Source of the DNA: Fibrobacteria bacterium
GTDB taxonomy: Bacteria > Fibrobacterota > Fibrobacteria > UBA11236
Assembly: GCA_043732185.1 (NCBI GenBank)
Contig: JAYTHY010000132.1
Coordinates: 1 to 19,667, forward strand
Length of the DNA stretch: 19,667 nt
Direction: 5' to 3'
In this document: piece after piece, positions 8,214-17,291 of the stretch
Position numbering within the stretch: the stretch's first letter is position 1
How the letters are laid out: every line of letters starts with the position of its first letter
The notes under the pieces: generated by a model
Database searches by the model: none
Told to the model about the DNA's origin: nothing
Seen by the model: only the letters and a program-made list of their open reading frames with translations
Program-made: the position numbers and the translations under genes

Positions 8214-8371
8214 AAGGTACTATTGCGAGTGGGCGATTGGCAAGGGAAGGGTGAATTATTCCTGTTTACCAGTAAAATATGTAGCAACTGGGGGCCATTA
8301 TTCGCAATGGTGACAAAGTGGTAACTGCCTTTACTTTACTTTTAGTGGACTTTTGAATGTCCTTTTAGGGC

Positions 8372-8377
8372 TATAAT
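8372..8377 (+). promoter_or_regulatory. Consensus -10 element (TATAAT) for the PIN gene, possibly giving a leaderless transcript
   Basis: TATAAT ends 7 nt before ATG 8385, and there is no SD between them. No convincing -35 at 17 bp. Confidence 0.45.
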
Positions 8378-8384
8378 TCATTCT

Positions 8385-8849
8385 ATGCAGAAGGAAATCG
8401 TGGTCGATACCAGCGTCATTCTGGATATTCTCGTAACCTCCCGGCCTGGTCATAAATTTGGCAAACTTATTGGCGTCTATCTTATCGACAATGGTATCAA
8501 AATCAAAGTGCCCATGCACGCCATGTTTGAAATTAAGTCCGGACTGCTACATGCCAAAAAAACAGCCGTCGATCAGGGGGCTTCCCTTAAAATAAACGAA
8601 GATATCAGCGAGTCCACACCCTTGCAATACGATTTCCTTCCTATCGACACTGCCTTCTTTGCAAAATATTTCGATGCGGAATTGCCGTATATCAAGGCCG
8701 GAGATTACATGAACGTGGCCGTGGCCAAAGTGGATGGACTAATTCTTTTGACGGAAGACCCCACGCAGTATACCGCGGCTCTGACCGCTGGCGTTACAGT
8801 CTATACATGCGAGGAGTTTCGGAAAATATGTCTCAACGCACTGCAATGA
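8385..8849 (+). CDS. PIN-domain protein (VapC-like ribonuclease)
   Basis: IVVDTSVILDIL (first Asp), MFEIK (Glu), IKAGDYMNVAVAK (Asp) and LILLTED (Asp) give the PIN acidic quartet in the expected order in 154 aa. Confidence 0.85.
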   Translation: MQKEIVVDTSVILDILVTSRPGHKFGKLIGVYLIDNGIKIKVPMHAMFEIKSGLLHAKKTAVDQGASLKINEDISESTPLQYDFLPIDTAFFAKYFDAELPYIKAGDYMNVAVAKVDGLILLTEDPTQYTAALTAGVTVYTCEEFRKICLNALQ

Positions 8850-8862
8850 CGGGCCGATTCGC

Positions 8863-9069
8863 ATGACCGCGTCTCAAGCCTTTGTCTGGGTCTTTTTCGG
8901 ATTTGTCGGAATGGGCTATTGCTATTCGGGCAAGCGACGCGGGAATGGCCGCCTGTTTCTATGCGGATTGGCGCTGGGCATCTTCCCCTATTTCGTGCAT
9001 GCGATAATTCTTCAATTCTTAATTGGACTAACGCTTACCGCGTATCCTATCGTGTTTCGAAATAGCTAA
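8863..9069 (+). CDS. Small hydrophobic membrane protein of unknown function
   Basis: 68 aa, mostly hydrophobic. The pattern FG.vG.GY..sGK....L.CGLAL..FPYFV resembles, from memory, a widespread conserved small hypothetical family. Starts 13 nt after the PIN stop. Confidence 0.75.
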   Translation: MTASQAFVWVFFGFVGMGYCYSGKRRGNGRLFLCGLALGIFPYFVHAIILQFLIGLTLTAYPIVFRNS

Positions 9070-9097
9070 TCGCTATTGGAAATACACACAGGACAGT

Positions 9098-10477
9098 TTA
9101 TGCGTCCAGGGTAGGAGTATCGTCCATCTTGGCTTCCAGCTGAACGGAAATTCCGTTTTTCTTCATCATATCGTATAAAGTGGGGCGCGTAAGGCCGGTA
9201 ACCTTGGCGGCATTGGAGATATTTCCCTTGGCCTGTTTGAGAGCGTTGAGCAAAAAGTTTCGATCGAACATTTGCCTGGCGTCGCGATAGGAAAGCACGG
9301 TAAAGGAGGTTTCCGAAAGCTGCAAGTCGTCGCATTCGATGACCTGCGAGGAACACATGATGGAGGCGCGGTTGAGCTTGTTTTCCAATTCGCGCACGTT
9401 ACCGGGCCAACTATAGTTCAACAGCATTTGTTCCGCCCGCTTGCTCAGTTTGAGACGAGCCTGGTTGAACTTGGTTCGGTTGTTCTCAATGATTTTATCG
9501 GCGATAAGCAGGATGTCGTCTTTCCGATCGCGCAGCGGCGGCAAGGTGATCTCGAATTCGCTTAGGCGATAGTAGAGATCGGTGCGCATGGCGGAATTGT
9601 CCTTGTCGGACAGATTGGTTTTGTTGGTGGCGGCGATGATGCGGACATTCAAAGAACGGAAAGTGGTCTCACCCACGCGTTGCAGTTTTTGATCTTGTAG
9701 AAAGCGTAGCAGCTTGACCTGCAGGGCCATGGGCATGTCGCCGATTTCATCCAAAAAGAGTGTGCCCTTGTGGGCGGATTCAATCAGGCCCATCTTGTCC
9801 GTATTGGCTCCCGTAAATGCGCCGCGCACATATCCGAAAAGCTCAGCCTCAATCAAGCTGGCAGGGATGGATCCGCAATTGATGGGCACAAATATTTCAT
9901 TACGACGCTGGCTGTGGAAATGCACGGCCCGGGCGCAAAGTTCCTTGCCGGTACCGCTTTCACCCGTGATCAAAACGCTCACATCGGTGGCGGCCAATTT
10001 ACGGATATTTTCAAAAATCTTTTTCATCGGCTCGCTGCGGCCAATCATCAGGTCGTCTTTATCGCTCGGGAGGCCACCGGTTTCGGTTTTTTCCGTAACG
10101 GGTTTTTCCAACGTGATCAGTCGGCAGGCCCTGGCGAGAATCACTTTGAGTTCATCGATATCCACTGGCTTGTGCAAATAATCGAATGCGCCCCGCTCAA
10201 TAGCCCGGTTGCCTAGGTCCGCATGCATATTGGAGGTGATGACGATGATTTTGGCCATGCGGTCTTCACTGAGAACGGCATCGATGATTTCCAGACCCCG
10301 TTCCGGTTTGTTCTCAAGACCCATATCCAGACAGATGAGGCCTGGACATTGTTTGCGTAGGTTTTCCAGGCAACCGGCCAGAGTTTCACTTTCAAGAATT
10401 TCATAATCGGCATTGAGAGCCCATTTCATTTGCTCCCGCAGCCCGATATTGTCTTCGACCAGCAACAGTTTGATCAT
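9098..10477 (-). CDS. prsR: PEP-CTERM-box response regulator, sigma-54-dependent (REC-AAA+-Fis HTH)
   Basis: MIKLLLVEDN.GLREQMKW, phospho-acceptor in CLDMGL, Walker A GESGTGKE, GAFTGA, Walker B LFLDEIG, WPGNVRELEN, HTH GNISNAAKVTGLTRPTLYDMMKK. Directly downstream of the prsK-like gene. ATG 10477 is preferred over TTG 10534. Confidence 0.9.
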   Translation of the reverse strand: MIKLLLVEDNIGLREQMKWALNADYEILESETLAGCLENLRKQCPGLICLDMGLENKPERGLEIIDAVLSEDRMAKIIVITSNMHADLGNRAIERGAFDYLHKPVDIDELKVILARACRLITLEKPVTEKTETGGLPSDKDDLMIGRSEPMKKIFENIRKLAATDVSVLITGESGTGKELCARAVHFHSQRRNEIFVPINCGSIPASLIEAELFGYVRGAFTGANTDKMGLIESAHKGTLFLDEIGDMPMALQVKLLRFLQDQKLQRVGETTFRSLNVRIIAATNKTNLSDKDNSAMRTDLYYRLSEFEITLPPLRDRKDDILLIADKIIENNRTKFNQARLKLSKRAEQMLLNYSWPGNVRELENKLNRASIMCSSQVIECDDLQLSETSFTVLSYRDARQMFDRNFLLNALKQAKGNISNAAKVTGLTRPTLYDMMKKNGISVQLEAKMDDTPTLDA

Positions 10478-10536
10478 GCGCGATCCCGTTTTGAAAGGAG
10501 TGAACTGAAAACGAAGGGAAAGATACTCATCCAAAT

Positions 10537-12717
10537 CTATCCAGCGTCGCTTTTACCCGTCAATAAAATGCAGAATTCCGTGCCCGCACCGGGCTCGCTA
10601 TGGCACAAAATGCGCCCACCCATTTTTTCCACCAGCGTCTTGCATTGATAGAGGCCGATGCCCACACCTTTTTCCTTGGTGGTGGCAAAGGGTTGGAAGA
10701 GCCTGCTGCGCACGAATTCCTTTTCCATGCCCATGCCATTGTCTTCAACCAAAATGTACGCGCCATAGCTGGCGAAAAACCGATCCCCACCGCCGAAGAG
10801 CGTTCGCAAGCGGTCCGGCACCTGCGGGCTTAGCGAGCCGTAGGATAAAGCGATGCGCGTCCTATCGCTTTTGTCCTGCATGGCTTCAAGGGCATTGTTG
10901 ATGAGGTTGCGAACCACAAAAAACAGGGACTTGCGGTCCATGGACACGGCTTCTGCATCTGCCCCGCTAAAGCTGAAGTCCATTCCCGGCAATGCGGACA
11001 AGCCGGAATTGGCAATCACCTCTTCCAACAGTGGACGCAAGGGCGCGAAAGCCAGTTCGAGCACTTCGCGTTTTGGCCCCACGGCCAGCCTGTCGATGAG
11101 GCTTTGCAAATTTACCGCGCAGCTGTTCACGGATGTCAGCATGCTGGCTTGGAAGGACGCGTTGCCGATATTGCGTTCAGCATTTTTAAGCAACAGATTT
11201 AAAGTGGCAATTTGGTTTTTGATGTCATGGATGATGAAGGACGCAATATGGTGGAAAGATTCAAATTGCTTGAGCTCAATACGCTCGTTTAAAACCCGGT
11301 TTTTGAAAAGCACATCTCCAATAGATGTTGTAAAGACGGCGATGAGGTCGAGATCCTCGCTGTCAAAAGCGTCTGCGCGCCCGCCCTGTAAGGCCAGAAA
11401 TCCAACCAACCGGTCTCCGATAAAAATGGGAAAGATAGCGTCGATTTTAAGTTCGGATAACAGCGGCTCTTCCAAGGCTGACTTTCGCCTGGCTTGGCCG
11501 CCAACGTCATTGGCCAGCAGATCCACGGGATGTCCCTCTTGAGACAGCATGCGCGCCAGCGGGCTATCGCCGCTGATGATCAATCCGCGCTGCGTGGACT
11601 CTTCCTTATTTTCATGTTGGTAAAAATTCCCGTCCTGCCAATTCAGAATAAAACAGTAAGCGTCGTCCACGGTAACCGAATACTTCATGTTCTCGACCAG
11701 TTCCGTAAGCGCAGAATCCACGTCGGCTCCCGCCATGGCGGTTTTGTGGAGTCGGAAGAATTGATCCTGATAGTCGTACTTGCGGGAATAAAACTGCTCG
11801 TTTACAAATCGACTGATGCGCTTGCGCATGGTTCCGGATCCCAAGACCAGAACCGCCAGAAAGCACAGTGAAAAGCCCATCAAGAACCGTTCGAAATAGG
11901 AAAAGTCGAGGTGCATCCATTGAAACACGAAAATGGTCAACGCTACGCCAAGAAAAGCCGCTCCCGTCAAAAAAACCGTGGCCGAAGTGTAAACAGTATC
12001 CCGGGGAATGGATATGCGTTCCGAGCCTAGACGATAGCGCAGAAAGCCCGCCAACACCACCGGATAGGTGACTCCATAAAGAACGGAAGAGGCTTCGGCG
12101 AAGTGGGCGGGAAGCACACGATATAAAAGCACATGGGCAAAGTAGAGGAGATGGAAAAGGGACAGACAACCTAGGCCGATAAAGCACAGCCGCGCGATAC
12201 GGCGCTGATAGGCCTTGGAATACCGATAGGTGCTCTCGAGCAGATAGAGCGTATAGATGGCCAGCAAAGCGCGCAGGGTTGGCACGCAAAGGCCCAGGCC
12301 TTCAAAGCGAACCAGAGGGGTGGCCACATCACCTGCAGGTACCAGGTTTCCTGGTATTCCAAGCAAAATGAAACCGGCCACGGCTCCAATAACCGATAGG
12401 GTAAACAAGGAGATCCGCCATCTGCCCCAAGTCCACCCCGGTTCCAGCTCCCCGCCCCGCAAGAAATGCCGCGTCAACTCCAGTAATGCGACGGCGATGA
12501 GCAATCCCAGAATCTGGAGCACCTTTTGATAGTGAAACCAGTCTAGTGGTGAGGCGGAGAAAAGAGCCAGGTAAGAAATCCACAGATGGGCGACAAAAAG
12601 CCCACCTAATCCTAACAGCACCAAGCGCAGGGATTTTTGATAGGATTTGAACTGAACTAGGAAACCGAGGGCCAGATTAAGGGCCGTGCCAACAGTCAAG
12701 AAGGTTAGAATCAACAT
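10537..12717 (-). CDS. prsK: PEP-CTERM system sensor histidine kinase
   Basis: Multi-TM N-terminus, FYSRKYDYQDQF linker and GAF-like region. QFESFHHIASFIIHDIKN.IA.L.LLLKNAERNIGN..FQ matches the PrsK-type H-box. NLINNALEA, DNGMGM, LFQPFATTK and GVGIGLYQ form the HATPase. Exosortase locus context. Confidence 0.9.
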   Translation of the reverse strand: MLILTFLTVGTALNLALGFLVQFKSYQKSLRLVLLGLGGLFVAHLWISYLALFSASPLDWFHYQKVLQILGLLIAVALLELTRHFLRGGELEPGWTWGRWRISLFTLSVIGAVAGFILLGIPGNLVPAGDVATPLVRFEGLGLCVPTLRALLAIYTLYLLESTYRYSKAYQRRIARLCFIGLGCLSLFHLLYFAHVLLYRVLPAHFAEASSVLYGVTYPVVLAGFLRYRLGSERISIPRDTVYTSATVFLTGAAFLGVALTIFVFQWMHLDFSYFERFLMGFSLCFLAVLVLGSGTMRKRISRFVNEQFYSRKYDYQDQFFRLHKTAMAGADVDSALTELVENMKYSVTVDDAYCFILNWQDGNFYQHENKEESTQRGLIISGDSPLARMLSQEGHPVDLLANDVGGQARRKSALEEPLLSELKIDAIFPIFIGDRLVGFLALQGGRADAFDSEDLDLIAVFTTSIGDVLFKNRVLNERIELKQFESFHHIASFIIHDIKNQIATLNLLLKNAERNIGNASFQASMLTSVNSCAVNLQSLIDRLAVGPKREVLELAFAPLRPLLEEVIANSGLSALPGMDFSFSGADAEAVSMDRKSLFFVVRNLINNALEAMQDKSDRTRIALSYGSLSPQVPDRLRTLFGGGDRFFASYGAYILVEDNGMGMEKEFVRSRLFQPFATTKEKGVGIGLYQCKTLVEKMGGRILCHSEPGAGTEFCILLTGKSDAG

Positions 12718-12723
12718 GGAAGT

Positions 12724-15270
12724 TTAGGCTGACGGCATTTCGTTCTTGCCGGGCCCATAGTAATAGGAATATTGCGTGTAACGGTTCTGGATGAAAGGTG
12801 AGGACTTGAGCCCATTGAGCACGGCCGCCACTTTAACACCGCGCTCCTCCAATATTTTTACCGCTTCCAACGAATCACTGATGGACGTGTTTCCGGAGCG
12901 GCAAATATAAATGACCCCGTCTGTGACTTCCGCCAAGGAGAGCGGCTCGGGCGTAATCATAACCGGTGGCGTATCGATGAGAACAATATCGAATTGCTCC
13001 CGGGCCAAACGGATAAAGGCTTTAAATCGATCGGAGCTGACCATTTCACCGGCATTGGGATTGAATTTTTTCCTCGGAACCACAACTAGATTCCGCTGCA
13101 TGGTGGGCTGAAAACACAGGGTGACGGTTTCCATGAATTGCTCATCACTCAAATCCGTTTGGCTTAAAAGTTCATCCAGTCCCGTGGTTCCCGGTAAATT
13201 AAAGACCTTATCCACCCGGCCTAACCGGAAGTCCGCGTCCACCAACAGAGTCCGTTTTCCCTTGCGGGCAAAGGTCATGGCCAGATTGCTGGTAATGATG
13301 GTTTTGCCTTCGCTAGGCTGGGTGGAGGTGACCATGAGGCAGCATTTCCCTGCCCGGGTATTGCGGAAAAAGTTTTCCGCTTCTTCGCGTATCACGCGAA
13401 AGGCTTCCAAATCTTCTACACGATAGGCTTTACCGTAAAACAACAACAAGGGATCGGGCGGCAATGCAGGAGGCTGGGCATTAAGGTCCGCCACCGGCTG
13501 CTGCTCCACTTCGGCCTCTCCCTCCGAATTTTTCTTGGCATGGCGCGGATTTTTTTGGGGTGCCTTGGTTTTCTTGTCTTTAATTTTTGCGTTGGCATTA
13601 GGGTTGAAAGCGATGGCGCCGAGCACTTTCATTTCCAATAAATTACTGATGTCTTCTTTGGTCCACACCTTGAGAAAGAAAACATGCCAAAGCAATAATA
13701 AGGCCGGCACAAGAATCGACAAAATCAATTGTGCAGCGGCCGCAATTAATAGTCGCGTCCAGAGGGTTGGTTTTTTATAAATGGCAGGCCGAGCCGGATC
13801 CACCACTGTCACCTTGAAAAATTCCGAACCCGTCATAAGCTTGGCCCGATTGTAACTCTCTAGAAGATGGTCATAGATTTGCTGGCTTTGAGAGTTGATT
13901 TGGGTCAATCGTTCCAGCTCCAATTGCAGTTTCACAGGAACCTGCGCAACCCGAGTAGGGGCAGAGTGCGAAGCGCGAACCCGCGCATCTCCCAAATCCT
14001 TTTCCAATTTTTGCGTCAGCGATGCCACCACTTTATCAATTTGTGCATAGAGGGTGTCTCTTTGCAATGCCAACTCCGCCACCTTTGGATGTTCCGGACC
14101 CAAAGTGCTTTTATAAGTCGTCGACTTGGCATTCAGAGTCGATAAAGTGCCACGCAAAATAACAGCCTTGGGTTCATTGGCCTGCATCATGGTTTGAACC
14201 ATTTCCGCGCCCCAGTAAAAAAGCTCGTCTTCCGATCCACCAATCGGTTTTGCTTGCGAAACGCTTTTGATCTGCTGGAGGGTTTTACTAATCCTATCCA
14301 ATTCCTGCCGCGATTCCAGGTAGGTGAGATTGTCTCCCGGTTCAGGAGCGGTTTGACTGCGCATCAATTCTGGATGCACCTCGTAGAAATTGGAGACATC
14401 GGCCTGGCTTACATCGAGTTTTTTCTTGGCTACATCCAAATCCTTTTCCATCTGAACCAAGATTCCCACGTCTTGCACTTCGGTAGTGCCGTAATAGACT
14501 TCCAGGAACTGGGCCCGAAGGGAATTGAGGATTTCTGCAATAAAATCCGGATCGCGATCCTTTAGTTTTACTTCAAGATTGTTGCTGCCCAAAGATCGGA
14601 CCTTGGTCGCATCGCGGAAACCCTCCACCGTCTCTTCGATGGACAGAAATTCCATTTCCAGTTTGAGCCCAGGATGCTCCTGAAACACGCCCTCATTTAA
14701 CACCAATTCCAATCCATTGATGCTGATGCGATTATCAGCCGGGATTGGGCCTTTGAAAAGGTTGTACTCTCCGTTAGCCTCCTTGGGCTTGTAAGTCAGC
14801 GTGGCTTGCCGACTCCCTTTTTCGATTTGCAGAACATACTGTCCTTGTCCCAGGTCTTCGCTATACGTAACGCTTTTAAAAACTTTTTTCTGGAAAACAT
14901 CATGCGTGGTTATGCGCATACGCAAGCTGAGTTTCCGGATGGTGGCTTCCAAAACCTGCCAGCTATTGATGATCCCCAGAATACTTTCTCGCTGGGTAAT
15001 GGCCACGTCGCGCATAACATTGGTTTGAGCGCCTACCACATTTGGAAAACGAAGCACTGTGGTAGCTGAGTAGGAACGGGGAATATCGAAAATGGAGAGC
15101 AACACACCGGAAGGAATTGCCAACAGGAGCCATACTAACAGCACTAGCCATTTCTTTAGCCAGAAAATATGTAACAACGTGGATACCGAAGGGATTTTTG
15201 GCCCTGCAGCACGCGTTTCCCCAGACGTTTCGCGAGCGTTTCTACTTCTATTGGTTTCGTTTAGAGTCAC
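12724..15270 (-). CDS. wzc: Polysaccharide co-polymerase / tyrosine autokinase (Wzc-like, fused form)
   Basis: Two TM segments flank a coiled-coil periplasmic region (GPEHPKV, VVDPARP). Walker A TSTQPSEGKT, A' LLVDAD, B VLIDTPP and a C-terminal Tyr cluster RYTQYSYYYG. The GTG start is uncertain. Confidence 0.92.
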   Translation of the reverse strand: MTLNETNRSRNARETSGETRAAGPKIPSVSTLLHIFWLKKWLVLLVWLLLAIPSGVLLSIFDIPRSYSATTVLRFPNVVGAQTNVMRDVAITQRESILGIINSWQVLEATIRKLSLRMRITTHDVFQKKVFKSVTYSEDLGQGQYVLQIEKGSRQATLTYKPKEANGEYNLFKGPIPADNRISINGLELVLNEGVFQEHPGLKLEMEFLSIEETVEGFRDATKVRSLGSNNLEVKLKDRDPDFIAEILNSLRAQFLEVYYGTTEVQDVGILVQMEKDLDVAKKKLDVSQADVSNFYEVHPELMRSQTAPEPGDNLTYLESRQELDRISKTLQQIKSVSQAKPIGGSEDELFYWGAEMVQTMMQANEPKAVILRGTLSTLNAKSTTYKSTLGPEHPKVAELALQRDTLYAQIDKVVASLTQKLEKDLGDARVRASHSAPTRVAQVPVKLQLELERLTQINSQSQQIYDHLLESYNRAKLMTGSEFFKVTVVDPARPAIYKKPTLWTRLLIAAAAQLILSILVPALLLLWHVFFLKVWTKEDISNLLEMKVLGAIAFNPNANAKIKDKKTKAPQKNPRHAKKNSEGEAEVEQQPVADLNAQPPALPPDPLLLFYGKAYRVEDLEAFRVIREEAENFFRNTRAGKCCLMVTSTQPSEGKTIITSNLAMTFARKGKRTLLVDADFRLGRVDKVFNLPGTTGLDELLSQTDLSDEQFMETVTLCFQPTMQRNLVVVPRKKFNPNAGEMVSSDRFKAFIRLAREQFDIVLIDTPPVMITPEPLSLAEVTDGVIYICRSGNTSISDSLEAVKILEERGVKVAAVLNGLKSSPFIQNRYTQYSYYYGPGKNEMPSA

Positions 15271-15371
15271 AATGGCTTGCCGGATGATAAGTTATTATTA
15301 AAATTTAACTCTTTTCTAAGAATTTCGGCCTCACACTCGGTTTTGGAAACCTACAAACGACAAGCAGCCCC
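15271..15371. promoter_or_regulatory. AT-rich divergent promoter region between wzc and the TPR gene
   Basis: 101-bp spacer between divergent operons with an AT-rich core (ataagttattattaaaatttaact). Individual promoter elements cannot be assigned. Confidence 0.45.
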
Positions 15372-17288
15372 ATGAAAAAAATAATCCTCATCGCAATAGC
15401 CCTTCTTGTGACAGCCGGCGGTGCCTTTATAGTCCGGCAAAACCTTCCGTCCAAACGCTATGCGCGGCATCTGACCAAAGCGCGCCTGTTTGTGCGGGAA
15501 CAGAATTATACCGCCGCTCGCCTTGAATATGAGTTGGCCTTCAATGCCAAGGATGGCTTTACCCCATATGCCGATTTGGAAGTGCTCAACTTCACCAATG
15601 CCGTGAATCAGCAGGAAAAACACCTGGACCAGGCCATCGCCAATACCAAAAAATTCTTAGATGCCAATCCCCATAGCAAAGACGGGATGATCATCCTTTC
15701 TCAACTGGCTTTTAAAGGCGGGGACTTTGAAACCGCATTCAATGCCGTACACAAGGCAGTGGAAGAAGATCCCAATTACTTCCCGGCCCGTCTACTATTG
15801 ACCCAGGTGCGCACTAAACAAGGTCGATTGGACTTGGCGGAAGAACAGCTGCGCTACCTCTACAAGGCCTATCCCGAATCCGTTTTGACGCTTCTTCCCT
15901 TATCGGAAAACATGCTGCGTCAGGGCCGAGTTAAGGAAGCCCGGACCTATATCGATGCAGCCTTAAAAAGCCATCCCGCCAATTCTTCCGCCCGCTTGAT
16001 GCTGCTCGACAGCTACCTGATGGAAGGCAATGCTGATTCGGCACAGGCGGTTCTCGATGCTTGGCAAAAAGCCGATCCCAACTTGGCCCTGGCTACCCAA
16101 GTGCGCAAGGCTCAAATCAAATCCATGCTCGGCAAATACCCGGAGGCGGAAGAGATTCTGGCGCCATACTTGCAGCCCAAGGAAGAAAATCTGGTTGCCT
16201 ATTTTGAAATGGCCATGGTCAAGGCCAAGGAAGGCCGATATGATTCGGCGGTCAAACTCTATAATAATATGGTGGAAATCAGCCCGGCCAACGCAGCCCA
16301 GCCCACCATGCTCACTGTGTATCTCAATTTGAAGGGTCAAAATCCCGCCAAGTCTTTGGAAGCCATTAAGGGTTTGCAAATTGGAAACAAAGGCGGGGAG
16401 CTGCCGACTTTGACGGCTGTGGCCTACATGGCATTGGGTCAAGATGCCAAACTGACGACGCTTATCAAGGAACAACCGGATTCACTGAAAGCGGGGATGC
16501 AAGCCTTTCTCAGCCAACTGGAACAGGACAAGGAATATCTTGGTCAATGGGCATTGGTCAATTATTATACCGTGCTGCGCCAGCCCAAGTCTGCGGGTAA
16601 AGCGATAGAAGAACTGCATACCAAATGGCCCAAGAATGCTCTCGCGACCACGCTTTGGGCCGGACAATTAGCTACCCAAGGTCAATTTGCAGCAGCGGGC
16701 AAATTGTTGGAAACGGTTCCTGCCCTCACCTTTCCGCAGCAGGCCACGCTTCTCAGCTTTTTTGTTAAGGCTGGCCTAAAGGACAAAATTCTAGCGCTTG
16801 GCAATAAGCTGCTACAAGAACGGCCCAAGCAGCGCGGCCTCAATCTGTTCCTGGCGGATTTCTACACCTCGCAAAAGGACAAGGCCAAAGCCAACGAGTA
16901 TTACGAAAAAGAACTGGCCATCGATCCCAATAGCCTTATCGCGCTCAACAATCTGGCCTGGGAATACGGTATTGTGCAGGGGAACTTGGAAAAAGCGATG
17001 CCTTATCTCGATAAGCTTAAAACTCAAGACATGCTCGACCCGCGCATACTCGACACCATCGGTTGGATCCTGGCAAAAAACAGCAAAAATGAAGAAGCTG
17101 TGAAGTATTTCCACACCGCCCTGAACTTGGTCCCCGATCACCCCGGCTTCAATTATCACATGGCCTTTTTGATGAACCAGATGGGGAAGAAAACGGAAGC
17201 CAAAAAGTATCTGAATGTGGCATTGGCCTCCAAGCTTTACTTTTCGGAACGGAAAGACGCCGAAAAACTTCAAGCAGAGCTGGGCTAA
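15372..17288 (+). CDS. Tetratricopeptide-repeat protein, PrsT-like component of the PEP-CTERM system
   Basis: 638 aa with an N-terminal hydrophobic anchor and many TPR helices. The C-terminal ALNNLAW...ILDTIGWIL...YHMA pattern is typical of PrsT-type tails. Ends 3 nt before the exosortase start. Confidence 0.82.
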   Translation: MKKIILIAIALLVTAGGAFIVRQNLPSKRYARHLTKARLFVREQNYTAARLEYELAFNAKDGFTPYADLEVLNFTNAVNQQEKHLDQAIANTKKFLDANPHSKDGMIILSQLAFKGGDFETAFNAVHKAVEEDPNYFPARLLLTQVRTKQGRLDLAEEQLRYLYKAYPESVLTLLPLSENMLRQGRVKEARTYIDAALKSHPANSSARLMLLDSYLMEGNADSAQAVLDAWQKADPNLALATQVRKAQIKSMLGKYPEAEEILAPYLQPKEENLVAYFEMAMVKAKEGRYDSAVKLYNNMVEISPANAAQPTMLTVYLNLKGQNPAKSLEAIKGLQIGNKGGELPTLTAVAYMALGQDAKLTTLIKEQPDSLKAGMQAFLSQLEQDKEYLGQWALVNYYTVLRQPKSAGKAIEELHTKWPKNALATTLWAGQLATQGQFAAAGKLLETVPALTFPQQATLLSFFVKAGLKDKILALGNKLLQERPKQRGLNLFLADFYTSQKDKAKANEYYEKELAIDPNSLIALNNLAWEYGIVQGNLEKAMPYLDKLKTQDMLDPRILDTIGWILAKNSKNEEAVKYFHTALNLVPDHPGFNYHMAFLMNQMGKKTEAKKYLNVALASKLYFSERKDAEKLQAELG

Positions 17289-17291
17289 AAG

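Noticed and set aside
9061..9077. AATAGC-N5-GCTATT as a bidirectional terminator
   Set aside because: Only a 6-bp AT-rich stem with no U-tract on either strand.
8290..9097. PIN and small ORF as stray gene cassettes
   Set aside because: Sizes fit cassettes, but the 13-bp and 28-bp spacers are too short for attC and no core sites flank the genes.
10478..10534. 19-aa N-terminal extension of PrsR from TTG 10534
   Set aside because: The receiver domain begins at MIKLLLVED (ATG 10477), and the extension has no support.
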